This document shows, piece after piece, positions 37,293 through 47,855 of a stretch of DNA of 64,000 bases (positions within the stretch are counted from its first letter, which is position 1; every line of letters begins with the position of its first letter). A program made the translations under genes and the position numbers. The DNA comes from a virus. The stretch covers positions 52,116 to 116,115 of IMG/VR virus record IMGVR_UViG_3300044732_000442; one strand, given 5' to 3'. Below the pieces are notes generated by a model, which ran no database searches, had not been told where the DNA came from, and worked only from the letters and a program-made list of their open reading frames with translations.

Positions 37293-38033
37293 ATGCACGG
37301 ATTTGCTAACGTATCAAATATGACTAGTCGTCAAATTCAACGTATGGGTCATGCTGATGATTCTACTCCATATCGTGCTAAAACTAGAACGCAAAAGGTT
37401 ACGGTTAATCACAATGCCGATGATGTGTGGAGTGCGGCATGTGCGGCTCAACGTATCAATGGTAGTTATATCAAGTTTACTATGATTAGCGAATCAGATC
37501 CTGCAGTGACAAAACTATCCAATCGTATGATTGTTGAACAATTATTGGCTGATACATTTATTATTACCGATCAGGATCGTGAGCAAGGTAAAAAGGTTCG
37601 TGCGTTTTATCAGGCATACACATTCAAAATCTTGCAAGGTAAACAACTAAATGATTTTGACAACACCACAATGTTGATTGCTAATCGTGATGTTATTACT
37701 AGCACCTATGATATTGCTGTTATTGCTAGTTTGCCATCATGCTATGAGCGTGGTGTTGTACGTCAATCGGCAGATCAACGTATTAACTTTGCTACAGGTG
37801 GTTTTATTGGTAAAGCTAATGATAAGGTAACGGCTTCTATTGAAGTATTGAAATCAGTATTTTCAATGAAATGGAATACAAACTATGTTACTGGTATTAC
37901 TACTGATGACCAAGTAGTGTTCTTTGCTTATAAAGAAGCATTGGATATTGGTAAAGTGTTAAACATTACAGGTACTGTTAAAGCACATAGAGATAACAGT
38001 ACCCAACTTAATCGTGTAAAGGTAATTGCGTGA
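37293..38033 (+). CDS. Hypothetical protein with an OB-fold-like C-terminus
   Basis: ITGTVKAH....TQLNRVK. Confidence 0.6.
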   Translation: MHGFANVSNMTSRQIQRMGHADDSTPYRAKTRTQKVTVNHNADDVWSAACAAQRINGSYIKFTMISESDPAVTKLSNRMIVEQLLADTFIITDQDREQGKKVRAFYQAYTFKILQGKQLNDFDNTTMLIANRDVITSTYDIAVIASLPSCYERGVVRQSADQRINFATGGFIGKANDKVTASIEVLKSVFSMKWNTNYVTGITTDDQVVFFAYKEALDIGKVLNITGTVKAHRDNSTQLNRVKVIA

Positions 38034-38257
38034 ATACAGAATTGATTCAAAAGTTAAAGGCACAATGTATCTTCCGTGAAATGCGTGGTACTAATGCGTT
38101 TGACAATTATATGGTAGATCGGTTCGATAGTGAGAAGTTTGCAGAACTGATTGTACGTGAGTGTGACCGTTATGCCCGTAGTGTATGGGAACATGGTCCG
38201 TTGTTAGGTAGAGACTTGTTAATACATTTTGGAGTTGAGGAGATGAGTGATGAATAA
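38030..38257 (+). CDS. Short paralog-family protein
   Basis: EKFAELIVREC...HFGVEE. Confidence 0.6.
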   Translation: MNTELIQKLKAQCIFREMRGTNAFDNYMVDRFDSEKFAELIVRECDRYARSVWEHGPLLGRDLLIHFGVEEMSDE

Positions 38258-38480
38258 AGATATTGAAAAACTTTTTAAAGAAGCCAAAGGTTATGTTGAA
38301 GTAGACGGTGAAGGTAATCGTTCTACATATACATATGATTTTGACCCTGACGCTTTTGCTAGTTTGATTGTAGAAAAGTGTATTCAAACATTAGTCAATC
38401 ATGGCTATACAGATGCGGCAACTGTTTTAAAAACAGAGTATGCTGAAGATTGGCAAAAATTAGAATTTCCGGAAATTTAA
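38247..38480 (+). CDS. Short paralog-family protein
   Basis: DAFASLIVEKC. Confidence 0.6.
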   Translation: MMNKDIEKLFKEAKGYVEVDGEGNRSTYTYDFDPDAFASLIVEKCIQTLVNHGYTDAATVLKTEYAEDWQKLEFPEI

Positions 38481-38481
38481 A

Positions 38482-38610
38482 ATGACAAATTTATTAATAG
38501 GCTTTGTTCTTGGCATTGTAGTATCAACCGTGGGCTTTAGTGGCATTGCTAAAATAGCTGACAGCGGTGTAGAGAAAGTTAAACAGGTAACTGTTGATCA
38601 GGCTAAGTGA
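38482..38610 (+). CDS. Small membrane protein (42 aa; not in the ORF track)
   Basis: MTNLLIGFVLGIVVSTVGFSGIAK. Confidence 0.5.
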   Translation: MTNLLIGFVLGIVVSTVGFSGIAKIADSGVEKVKQVTVDQAK

Positions 38611-38639
38611 AATATAAACGTAAAAAAGTGGAGAATATT

Positions 38640-39068
38640 ATGGGACTAGATATGTATGCGTATGTTGCTAAAAAAAGAGGGCAATATAATGACTTCTACG
38701 ACACCGCAGAGTTGGATGCCAATGGTGATGAGTTTGTGAGTCAGACGGTCACCAAGCCACATGAACTTGCTTATTGGCGTAAGCATCCTAACTTACATGG
38801 TTGGATGGAACAACTTTGGGTTAGTAAAGGTCGTCCAAGGCAAAGTGTTGGTTGGCCTATATTCAACGGCATTGAGTTAGAACTAACTTGGGATGATTTA
38901 GATAACCTTGAACGAGCTATTCGTACCGGACAACTTCCGGATACTGAGGGTTTCTTCTTTGGTAGTCCGGCAGACAATCATTACTATGAACAAGACCTTG
39001 AGTTTGTCAACAACGCTAAGGCAGAAGTGTTCTTGGGGTTGAAAGTATTTTATAATAGTAGCTGGTAG
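38640..39068 (+). CDS. Hypothetical phage protein
   Basis: MGLDMY...YWRKHPNLHGWM...GFFFG...YNSSW. Confidence 0.7.
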   Translation: MGLDMYAYVAKKRGQYNDFYDTAELDANGDEFVSQTVTKPHELAYWRKHPNLHGWMEQLWVSKGRPRQSVGWPIFNGIELELTWDDLDNLERAIRTGQLPDTEGFFFGSPADNHYYEQDLEFVNNAKAEVFLGLKVFYNSSW

Positions 39069-39094
39069 CTAAATACCCCGTAAGGGGTAACATC

Positions 39095-39277
39095 ATGGAC
39101 ACAATTAAAACAATAATTATAACAATACTGGTAGTCGTAGGAATGGTTTGGTTTGTAAGAGAAGGTACAGACGATCCTGATTATGTTGTCATAGAATATC
39201 AATGTTCCAAACTAGATACATATGAACATGTACCCAATGAAGTAACTGAAGAATGTAATAAACGTAAGGCAAAATAA
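39095..39277 (+). CDS. Small membrane protein
   Basis: N-terminal TM segment; preceded by TAAATA and a TACCCC-GTAA-GGGGTA hairpin. Confidence 0.55.
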   Translation: MDTIKTIIITILVVVGMVWFVREGTDDPDYVVIEYQCSKLDTYEHVPNEVTEECNKRKAK

Positions 39278-39762
39278 TGGCTATCTTATATCGTATCAAA
39301 CCCTCTGATAAAAAATCAGTAGAAGCATACTATGATGTTTTCAGTAAAGATGAACAAGGCAATGTACGTGGTTGGAGTGTAACTGAACTGTATCGTTGGG
39401 GTCAAGGGTTTGTTGAAGATGAATCTGAGTTACCCTTTAGTGATGATAGGTATCATTGTGTCGATCCTACAATTGGTTGGGGTTGTGAACTTGAGGACCT
39501 TTGTGCAGTAGACTTTGAGTTTGATGATAGTTTTACCGATGAAGAAAAAGAAGAAATTGAACAACTTTGGGCAGACGGTGGCGCGGGTTGGCTCTATGAC
39601 GGTGAACATAATTGGGAAGTTGAAGAAGATACTATTACTATTTTGGGTCCGTTTACTGTTGACAAAATTGACGAGGACGTGTATAATGAGAGTATTGAAA
39701 CAGTAGAACTTAAACCCCGTCCACCTTTTGTCGCAACAACGGCGTGGCCATTCTCAGGATAA
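39277..39762 (+). CDS. Acidic hypothetical protein
   Basis: Coupled ORF. Confidence 0.65.
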   Translation: MAILYRIKPSDKKSVEAYYDVFSKDEQGNVRGWSVTELYRWGQGFVEDESELPFSDDRYHCVDPTIGWGCELEDLCAVDFEFDDSFTDEEKEEIEQLWADGGAGWLYDGEHNWEVEEDTITILGPFTVDKIDEDVYNESIETVELKPRPPFVATTAWPFSG

Positions 39763-39765
39763 AAT

Positions 39766-39984
39766 ATGAACGAACGATTTAAAACATTGTGCAAAGAAGC
39801 ATTTACTGAAGCACACGAATCTAGGATAGGACCCGATGGTCTAATTAGATCCGATGGAAATCCATATATCTTTTATGAAAAGTTAGCCAAGTTGATTGTT
39901 CTTAAATGTGCCGAGATTGCTGATACTGCGGAACCATTCCTTGCTTCGGATTTGATTAAAGAACATTTTGGAGTTGAAGAATGA
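39766..39984 (+). CDS. Short paralog-family protein
   Basis: MNERFK.L...EKLAKLIV.KC...IKEHFGVEE. Confidence 0.6.
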   Translation: MNERFKTLCKEAFTEAHESRIGPDGLIRSDGNPYIFYEKLAKLIVLKCAEIADTAEPFLASDLIKEHFGVEE

Positions 39985-41315
39985 GTGCAAGTTGGATTAA
40001 TAAACTAAACGAATCAGATAGCCGCCTGCACAAGGAAGATGTCATTTTACAGGCGCTTGAGGCAAGTGTCCTAGGTAGCACTAATGCTCAGATTTTTCTG
40101 GGTTTGACAAAAGCTTGTTACAATCCTTATGTGACATTCGGTGTGCGAAAAGTTTCTGATACAGTAGGTATCATTGATGCTGAAAATCCTTGGAGTGATT
40201 TTAATACATTACTGACTATGTTATCACACCGTGATTTGTCAGGTAATGCCGCACTTGATGCTATCAATGAAATGAGTGAACGTTTTGATAGTATAGAATG
40301 GAATACATTCTGTGCTCCTGTTATTCGTAGAGATTTACGTGCAGGTATTTCAGACAAAACAATTAATAAAATCTGTAAGAAAACAGAATATGAAATTCCA
40401 ATCTTTGGTTGTCAACTAGCAACTAATAGTGAGGGTCGTCCTGAGATGAAAGGCACTAAACGTCTAGAGCCTAAACTTGATGGTGTACGTGTATTGTTGA
40501 TGGTTATCCCTGGTGCGAGTGAGGGTGTAACTACTATATGTTTCAGTCGTAATGGTAAAGTGTTTGATAACTTTACACATATTGAACAACAGGTTAGCGA
40601 CAACTTTGTTAAGATTGCTAGAGGACATCAGAACGCATTGATTAACGGATTTGTATTAGATGGAGAAGTGATCGGTAATACATTTCAAGAACTTATGCGA
40701 CAAGCACGCCGTAAGACTGATGTACAAGCAGATGATAGTGTATTCAACATATTTGATATTATTCCATTAAGTGATTTCCGTGAAGGTCATTGGAATGCTC
40801 AACTACGTAAACGTATTGCTATACTTGAACATATTCGTCATGTAGTTGACACTATGCCTAACGTTGAACTACTACCACATATTATGGTTGATTTAGATAC
40901 AGCCGCAGGTAAGGATCAACTTGAACGTTATGCTAAGGATCAAGTTAATGCAGGATTTGAAGGCATTATGATTAAAGAATTAGAAGCTCCATACATCTGT
41001 AAACGTAGTACTGATTGGATGAAATGGAAGCCAACGTTAACTGTAGACTTGGAGGTCGTAGGTGTTGAAGAAGGTACTGGTAGAAATTTGGGAAGACTTG
41101 GAGCATTGGTTTGTCATGGAGTTGACGACGGGAAAGAAATTACAGTCAATGTGGGTAGTGGCTTTAGTGATGATGATAGAGATGACTATTGGAATAATCG
41201 TAATTTGGTCATTGGTCGTACTGCTGAAGTCTTATGTGATGTGATTACACAGAACCAAGATGGTACTTACAGTTTGCGTTTCCCACGCTTTGTTAGATTT
41301 AGGGATGACAAATGA
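39981..41315 (+). CDS. ATP-dependent DNA ligase
   Basis: EPKLDGVR, LDGEV, EGIMIK, KWKP, VGSGF and LRFPRF motifs. Confidence 0.95.
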   Translation: MSASWINKLNESDSRLHKEDVILQALEASVLGSTNAQIFLGLTKACYNPYVTFGVRKVSDTVGIIDAENPWSDFNTLLTMLSHRDLSGNAALDAINEMSERFDSIEWNTFCAPVIRRDLRAGISDKTINKICKKTEYEIPIFGCQLATNSEGRPEMKGTKRLEPKLDGVRVLLMVIPGASEGVTTICFSRNGKVFDNFTHIEQQVSDNFVKIARGHQNALINGFVLDGEVIGNTFQELMRQARRKTDVQADDSVFNIFDIIPLSDFREGHWNAQLRKRIAILEHIRHVVDTMPNVELLPHIMVDLDTAAGKDQLERYAKDQVNAGFEGIMIKELEAPYICKRSTDWMKWKPTLTVDLEVVGVEEGTGRNLGRLGALVCHGVDDGKEITVNVGSGFSDDDRDDYWNNRNLVIGRTAEVLCDVITQNQDGTYSLRFPRFVRFRDDK

Positions 41316-41545
41316 ATGATTTAAAATTTACCACCGCAGGTGATTATATGAACACTAACGAACGAATTAGAGAACTTGCTGAACATGCTGGCTGGGACAA
41401 TCATCACTCAAAATTTGATACTAGGATTAAAAAGTTCGCCGAGTTGATTGTGGCAGAAATGTTGCAGACTTGTGAGGATCATCCAGGATGGTCGGGTCGA
41501 ATGATTGGTGAGCAGATTAAACAACATTTCGGAGTTAAAGAATGA
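41312..41545 (+). CDS. Short paralog-family protein
   Basis: NERIRELAE...KFAELIV...IKQHFGVKE. Confidence 0.6.
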   Translation: MNDLKFTTAGDYMNTNERIRELAEHAGWDNHHSKFDTRIKKFAELIVAEMLQTCEDHPGWSGRMIGEQIKQHFGVKE

Positions 41546-41668
41546 CATTCAATGATTGGGTTTATTTTATTAGTGGTATAATTTGGGGCGGATGGATGGT
41601 TCGTCCTCTAGTAGATACAGTAGTAGATATAGTAAAGAAAATTTACCAGAACGCTAAGGAGGCACAAA

Positions 41669-42922
41669 ATGGTAACAATAGTTAAACACGAATGGCATCA
41701 ACATGATAGACAATATGCTATTGAAATTGATGAAGCATTACTCAGTGAAATCTATCCTGACAAGGAAGAAGATGAGATTAAAGTAATACTAGATGGTATT
41801 ATTGATGGTACATATGATTATGAAGATGTTATCAATGATGCTTATGAGAATGATGTAGAAATTGAATGGGAGTTTCAGTATGATGATTGTTGGACTGACC
41901 GCAAAGGTGGTTACGATGTTACCTACGAACTAGGCGATGAATCTAGTTGGCATAGTGAACCCGAGCCTCCACCACATACTCATAAATGTACTAAATGTAA
42001 ATGGACAGGTCAAAGTTATGATACTGAATGGTTATGGCCTGAAGATGACGAGACTGGTGAGAAAGAAGCCAAAAAAGTTTGTCCAATGTGTGATAGTGAC
42101 ACTGAATTAACAGAAGCCGGCGTTAAAGAAGAACAAGAACGTAAAGAGCGTATGGCACGTTGGGATAAAGAAAATATCATTAATGAAGAAGATGAAGAAC
42201 TAGTTGATGAAAATGAACTAGAAGAAGCATTGGAAGAACTTAAGGCAGAGTTTGAGACACTTATTGCAGAACCAGATTTATTGCCTAACTATCCAGCTGG
42301 CGAATATACAATACGTATCTGGGGTCGTACACGTGAGATTGGCGTACACAAGATTAAGAAAGCTCAATACGAGTATTGGAGTGATGAGGACCACGAAGAT
42401 GATTTGAGTGATGCTCTTAATGAGAGTTATGACTACGATGAGAATGAAACTCCCAAAGCGGCACGATTTGATTTGCCATACTATGAGTATCAAGGTAAAC
42501 ATTCATTCTGGGGCTTTGACCAAGATGATACTCACATGACTATCACCAATAGTGAGGGTGAAGAAATCTATGAAGGTGATTTAGAATCATTTATTGCTGA
42601 AGCACACGGAGAAGAAGATAGTCGTTGGGAAGCTACAGAAGAATTAGAAGAACTATATCCTGAATACTTAGGTAAAGGTTATTGGCTGATGTGGACACAA
42701 GGTGGTAAAGGATCATGTATTCAAACTACCATTGAGATTGCTGAAGGTGAGGAGTTTGATCCTCGCAAACTTAAAGTATTGAACTGGGATGTTCAAGGTA
42801 CAAGTGTTGTCACCCGATTAGTATATGATGGTGAAGAACTTGATGATGAAGGAATGGACAGTGAGCATGATAACTGGCGAGGTCAATGGGCACAGTTTGA
42901 TGTACACCATAATACAAAATGA
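41669..42922 (+). CDS. Highly acidic protein with a Zn ribbon
   Basis: CTKC...CPMC; very Asp/Glu-rich. Confidence 0.65.
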   Translation: MVTIVKHEWHQHDRQYAIEIDEALLSEIYPDKEEDEIKVILDGIIDGTYDYEDVINDAYENDVEIEWEFQYDDCWTDRKGGYDVTYELGDESSWHSEPEPPPHTHKCTKCKWTGQSYDTEWLWPEDDETGEKEAKKVCPMCDSDTELTEAGVKEEQERKERMARWDKENIINEEDEELVDENELEEALEELKAEFETLIAEPDLLPNYPAGEYTIRIWGRTREIGVHKIKKAQYEYWSDEDHEDDLSDALNESYDYDENETPKAARFDLPYYEYQGKHSFWGFDQDDTHMTITNSEGEEIYEGDLESFIAEAHGEEDSRWEATEELEELYPEYLGKGYWLMWTQGGKGSCIQTTIEIAEGEEFDPRKLKVLNWDVQGTSVVTRLVYDGEELDDEGMDSEHDNWRGQWAQFDVHHNTK

Positions 42923-43131
42923 ACGCATATACCTTAGTAGGACAATCCTATGTATTTGAAGATGGCAATAAGATTGAAATAATACAGGTAAAAAAGACTG
43001 ATGAGGATCGTGGTGATTATTTAGTTACATATCACGTTACTCACGGACCCAGTATACCTCAAAAACTAGTTTTACCTGTAAAAGAATTTCTTAGTTATTA
43101 TAGTCACTTATTTGATGTAGATATAGACTAA
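42919..43131 (+). CDS. Hypothetical protein
   Basis: Coupled ORF. Confidence 0.55.
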   Translation: MNAYTLVGQSYVFEDGNKIEIIQVKKTDEDRGDYLVTYHVTHGPSIPQKLVLPVKEFLSYYSHLFDVDID

Positions 43132-43138
43132 ATATTAG

Positions 43139-44680
43139 ATGCGCCTTAAATTTTTATCATTCTCAAATCTCACACTATTAGTAGCACTCTGTCTTAGTTC
43201 GGTAGCTGCCTGGTATAGTATTATTGGCTTAACCGCTATCTTTGCAGGTGCGGTTATTCCTGTTATCATCATGGGTGGTATCCTTGAAATAGGAAAGATT
43301 ACCACCACTGTTTGGCTACGTAAGTATTGGCACCGAGCAGGTTGGTTATTAAAACTATATCTTGTGCCTGCTGTGATTGCACTAGCATTACTTACTAGCA
43401 TGGGTATATTCGGCTTCTTAAGTAAAGCACACATGGAGCATGGTATCAGTACCGGTGATAGTCAAGCCAAACTGTCATTATACGATGAGAAGATTAAAAC
43501 ACAACGAGACAATATTGAGTTAGCACGTAAAGCATTAACTCAAATGGACAATCAAGTTGACCAACGTTTAAGTCGTGGTGATAGTGAGAATAGTGCTGAA
43601 CGTGCTGTTCAAATTCGTAGGCAACAAGCCGGTGAACGTACTAAACTACAAAAAGATATTGGTAATGCTCAGAAAGAAATTGCTAAACTTAATGAAGAAC
43701 GAGCACCTATTGCGGCTGAAAATCGTAAAGTAGAAGCAGAAGTTGGACCTATCAAGTATATTGCCGCATTGATATATGGTGATACTGCTGATAACAATAC
43801 ATTAGAATCTGCCGTTCGCTGGGTTATTATCTTATTAGTTATTGTATTTGATCCGTTAGCTATTGCATTAGTGTTAGCTGCCAATGCTAGTAGAGAATGG
43901 GATAAAGAAAAAGAAGATGAGGAGGGTGACAGCCCTCTAGGGACCGAAATAGCGGCGACTCCCACTGTCACTGAACCTGCATATGAACCTGATGATGGTC
44001 CATTAACTGATGAACAGATTAACCAGATTATTGCAACTGCTGAATCTCCCAAAGAACCCATTAACTGTTATATGTGTGGTACCGAGTTAGTTAATGCCCC
44101 TGGTATAGGTCCTTTCTGCCCAAACAAATTATGTGATGTTCGTGATGGTCCGTTTGAAGAACCAGAAGAAGAACCAAAATCTTTATTAGAAAAGTATCCA
44201 TATTTAGCTAAACCATTTGTTAATTTTGATACTAAACCAATGGTTGCTAAAAAAGAATCTGATGGTACAGAAGTAATAGTTAATACCTTTGAGAAACCTT
44301 ATAAGGAATTAGATGGCGGTTATGTAATGTTTGAGGATAAGCATTACAAAGTAGATGCATTAAAGAGTTTGCGTCCAGATGTATTCCTGGCAACGGCAGA
44401 TAATCAACGTTCTATTAGTACAAATTTTGGTAGCAAGTTTCCGGATGAGGCTAATAAAGGTGATGTATTTGTACGTGTAGATTCCTTACCAAACCGTGTC
44501 TATAAGTATGATGGACGTAAATGGATTGAGGTTCAAAAGGGACAGTCGGATACCTATCTACATAACCAAAATTATATTAAATATTTGGTTGAAAAGATAG
44601 AAAAGGGCGAATACGATTTGGATTTATTGTCCGAAACTGAAAAAGAACAGATAGAATTGTTCCTAAAGAACCAAAAATAA
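43139..44680 (+). CDS. Multi-pass membrane protein with a coiled coil
   Basis: N-terminal TMs, GIFGFLSKAH, coiled coil, GPIKYIA, VFDPLA TM, CYMC..CPNKLC. Confidence 0.7.
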   Translation: MRLKFLSFSNLTLLVALCLSSVAAWYSIIGLTAIFAGAVIPVIIMGGILEIGKITTTVWLRKYWHRAGWLLKLYLVPAVIALALLTSMGIFGFLSKAHMEHGISTGDSQAKLSLYDEKIKTQRDNIELARKALTQMDNQVDQRLSRGDSENSAERAVQIRRQQAGERTKLQKDIGNAQKEIAKLNEERAPIAAENRKVEAEVGPIKYIAALIYGDTADNNTLESAVRWVIILLVIVFDPLAIALVLAANASREWDKEKEDEEGDSPLGTEIAATPTVTEPAYEPDDGPLTDEQINQIIATAESPKEPINCYMCGTELVNAPGIGPFCPNKLCDVRDGPFEEPEEEPKSLLEKYPYLAKPFVNFDTKPMVAKKESDGTEVIVNTFEKPYKELDGGYVMFEDKHYKVDALKSLRPDVFLATADNQRSISTNFGSKFPDEANKGDVFVRVDSLPNRVYKYDGRKWIEVQKGQSDTYLHNQNYIKYLVEKIEKGEYDLDLLSETEKEQIELFLKNQK

Positions 44681-44709
44681 TTGACAATAATTGGATATCG
44701 TGTTAATAT
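44681..44709 (+). promoter_or_regulatory. sigma70 promoter, variant of the early repeat
   Basis: TTGACAATAATTGG...TAATAT, 17-nt spacer. Confidence 0.6.
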
Positions 44710-44738
44710 ACACATATCTTAACTTATTGGAGATTGAA

Positions 44739-45374
44739 ATGAATTTCAAATTATTAGCTTTAGTAACTGCTCTTTCATTAGCGGGCTGTTCTGGAATGAA
44801 ACGTGGTGAAGGAGAATTTGAACAGATTCGTAACCAAAAACTATCTACATCATTTAAACAGGATACAATCCGTATTGAAACTGATTGTTCTTGGTATACA
44901 TTAGATAAATCAAACTGTGATATTACAAGTATTGAATCGGTTGGTACAGCTAGTTCTAATGGCAATAGTGATAACAATCGCCGAACAGCGTTAATTCGTG
45001 CAGGTGATCGTGCCCGTGCTAATGTTCGTCACTTTATTCAGGAAGATGTATCAAGTACACGTGTAACTAATACTCTTGCTAAAAACGTTGAGAAGGCAAG
45101 TGACCGAATGAAATCACGTACTACAACCGGAGAAGTTGTTGCAATGAGTGACACCGATGCTGAAAAAGATACAAATCATTCGGTACGTGAAAACAGCAAT
45201 GATACTGCTTATCAATTAAATGAAACCATTCGTGTTAATGCCCAAGGCATATTACGTGGATTCAAGGTAATTAAACAAGAGGTAGTTGGACCACAAGAAG
45301 TTTCAGTAACGATTCGTTGGGATAAAGAATCTGCACAAGTTTCTAATCAATTGCGTAAAAAATTCGGTAACTAA
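44739..45374 (+). CDS. Lipoprotein (LPP20-like)
   Basis: Lipobox LAGC after a signal peptide; GGAG SD. Confidence 0.7.
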   Translation: MNFKLLALVTALSLAGCSGMKRGEGEFEQIRNQKLSTSFKQDTIRIETDCSWYTLDKSNCDITSIESVGTASSNGNSDNNRRTALIRAGDRARANVRHFIQEDVSSTRVTNTLAKNVEKASDRMKSRTTTGEVVAMSDTDAEKDTNHSVRENSNDTAYQLNETIRVNAQGILRGFKVIKQEVVGPQEVSVTIRWDKESAQVSNQLRKKFGN

Positions 45375-45376
45375 TT

Positions 45377-46384
45377 ATGCGGTTATTATTACTAGCGGTA
45401 TGTTTAGTACTTACCGCATGTGCTTCTACCACTAAACCAGATACTTATTTTCGTTCTACTGGTATAGGTAATACCTACGAAGAGGCTAAACACAATGCTT
45501 TTAAAGAAGCTATTGAGTATCAAGTAGGTGTAGTGATTGCTAGTGAACGTGAGTCATACAACGAGAAACTAGTAAAGAATGAAATCCTAGCATATAGTTC
45601 AGCCTTTGTTGATGAATATAAAATTATCTCACAACAAAATGTTGGTAATAAGGTTCAGGTGGTAGTAGATGTTAAGTTATCTTTACTTAGATTAAGTGAT
45701 AGGATCCTATCTAAGGGTAAGGATAGCAAAAACCTTGACGGTGCTAAACATGATAATCAATATAAATCATTCTTAGAAAATAAACAGAATGGTGATAAGA
45801 TACTTGCTAGTGTATTAAATGATTACCCTAGACGGGCATATGATATTAAACAAAGTGATTATGTTGTTAAGATAGATGCTTACCGAAATTTAACATTGAC
45901 TATTCCATATGAATTGAGTTGGAATCCTAACTATATTGCATCATTACATGATGCTATACGATTAGTATCAGACGGGAAACCATCATTGTGGACAAAAGAA
46001 AAGGGAATTGCACAACAGTATCCTTCTACAGTTAGAGTAGGTACTGAGAAATATTATTTTAATGAATTTATTATTACAAATAAAATACTTGATTCCATCA
46101 CTGATTGGAATGAGGTTAGAATTAATATGGAAATTAAAGATTTATATAATAGGACACATTATAGTGAATGCTTTGTACCTAAACAATTACATCGGAGAGT
46201 AGGTGATTATTATGATGTTAACTATATAAAAACTATTAATATCGGTATTAATGCAAAAGCCGGTGAGAGAAACACGATTGAGATGAAAATTCAAAACAAT
46301 AGTAAATTAGCAAACATAATGTATAATCTATCTAAAATTGAGTTATCAGTTGTGCCTAAAAAAGTATGTGTGAAAAATAATTAA
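45377..46384 (+). CDS. Lipoprotein
   Basis: Lipobox LTAC; G.G.T.EEAK.NAF.EAIE. Confidence 0.7.
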   Translation: MRLLLLAVCLVLTACASTTKPDTYFRSTGIGNTYEEAKHNAFKEAIEYQVGVVIASERESYNEKLVKNEILAYSSAFVDEYKIISQQNVGNKVQVVVDVKLSLLRLSDRILSKGKDSKNLDGAKHDNQYKSFLENKQNGDKILASVLNDYPRRAYDIKQSDYVVKIDAYRNLTLTIPYELSWNPNYIASLHDAIRLVSDGKPSLWTKEKGIAQQYPSTVRVGTEKYYFNEFIITNKILDSITDWNEVRINMEIKDLYNRTHYSECFVPKQLHRRVGDYYDVNYIKTINIGINAKAGERNTIEMKIQNNSKLANIMYNLSKIELSVVPKKVCVKNN

Positions 46385-46397
46385 GATAAGTAATAGT

Positions 46398-47603
46398 ATG
46401 TCAACAGAAACAAAATTAAGCCATTGCTCATTCTGCGGTAATCACAAAGATGTAGTAAACAAACTCATTGTAGGGGAAGATGTAGCTATATGTAGCGATT
46501 GTATTGAGTTATGTACTCAATTAATGCACGATGATAAAAATCTTGAAGAAGAAAAGATTGAAAAAGATTATATTAGATTTGATCCAGAAACTATCAAAGA
46601 GTTTTTAGACCAACATATCATTGGGCAAGATAATGCAAAAATGGTACTCAGTGTAGCTATTGCTAATCATTACAAACGTATTAATTCTCCTCCTAAGGAT
46701 CTTGAAATCCAAAAAGGTAATGTATTATTAATCGGACCTACAGGATCTGGTAAAACATTACTAGCAAAGACTGTAGCAAAATATTTAGAAGTGCCCTTTA
46801 TTGTTGCTGATGCTACAAGTTTAACAGAAGCTGGTTACGTAGGTGATGATGTAGAATCCATGATTAGTATGCTATTAAATGCCGCAGGTGGTGATGTTAA
46901 ACTAGCAGAACGTGGTATTGTCTTTGTTGATGAGATTGACAAGATTGCCCGTAAAAGTGAAGGTTCAAGTATCACCCGTGATGTATCAGGTGAAGGTGTT
47001 CAACAAGCATTATTAAAAATGGTTGAAGGAACTACATGTCGTATTCCAGCCGGCGGAGGACGTAAGCATCCCGGTGGCGATATGTTAGAAGTTAATACTA
47101 AAAATATCTTATTCATTGCCGGTGGTGCGTTTGTTGGATTAAAAGATATTGTTAACAATAGGTTAAACGGTACAAGTATTGGCTTTGGGGCTGATATTAA
47201 AGATGCACGTAAAGAGGGTGATTTGTCTATGGTTAGTCCAGATGATTTAACACGATTCGGAATGATTCCTGAATTTATTGGACGATTCACTACTACAGTT
47301 AGTGTAGAGAATTTGACTAAAATTGAAATGGTTCAGGTTCTGACAAAAGTTAAAAATAACTATATTGACCAATATAAGTATTTGCTTAGTTTAGATGACA
47401 TTCAGTTAGAATTTAGTGAAGATGCTATCTCACAACTAGCTGAAAACACAATGAAATTAAAGACCGGGGCACGTGGATTACATACTGAAATTGAAAAGGC
47501 CTTGATGCCACATATGTATAACACTAAGAAATACCGTGAAAATAACATTAAAAAGATAAATATTAATCAGGAGCAAATTTTAAAGCCAAAAGCCGCAATA
47601 TGA
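46398..47603 (+). CDS. clpX: ATP-dependent Clp protease ATPase subunit
   Basis: CSFC Zn domain, GPTGSGKT, DEIDK, RDVSGEGVQQALL, RKH, IGF loop and TGARGL. Confidence 0.97.
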   Translation: MSTETKLSHCSFCGNHKDVVNKLIVGEDVAICSDCIELCTQLMHDDKNLEEEKIEKDYIRFDPETIKEFLDQHIIGQDNAKMVLSVAIANHYKRINSPPKDLEIQKGNVLLIGPTGSGKTLLAKTVAKYLEVPFIVADATSLTEAGYVGDDVESMISMLLNAAGGDVKLAERGIVFVDEIDKIARKSEGSSITRDVSGEGVQQALLKMVEGTTCRIPAGGGRKHPGGDMLEVNTKNILFIAGGAFVGLKDIVNNRLNGTSIGFGADIKDARKEGDLSMVSPDDLTRFGMIPEFIGRFTTTVSVENLTKIEMVQVLTKVKNNYIDQYKYLLSLDDIQLEFSEDAISQLAENTMKLKTGARGLHTEIEKALMPHMYNTKKYRENNIKKININQEQILKPKAAI

Positions 47604-47818
47604 TTAGAGGACGTAAAGTTTTAGTTAATGACGGAAATACAGAAAAGGCCCTACGTAAATTTAAAAAATTGATTACGGATTATGGTACTTTACAAGAAGT
47701 CCGTGACCGACAAGAATTTGTGAAACCTACTGTTAAACGTAAACTAGCTAAAAGTCAGGCCAAAAGACGTTGGGACAAACATTTGCGTGAACAAACTTTA
47801 CCTAAAAAGTTGTTCTAA
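47600..47818 (+). CDS. rpsU: Ribosomal protein bS21
   Basis: EKALRKFKK...EVRDRQEFVKPTVKRK...LPKKLF. Confidence 0.9.
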   Translation: MIRGRKVLVNDGNTEKALRKFKKLITDYGTLQEVRDRQEFVKPTVKRKLAKSQAKRRWDKHLREQTLPKKLF

Positions 47819-47855
47819 AATACTAGGATTTGTCTTAGGTATACTAAATAGAAGT

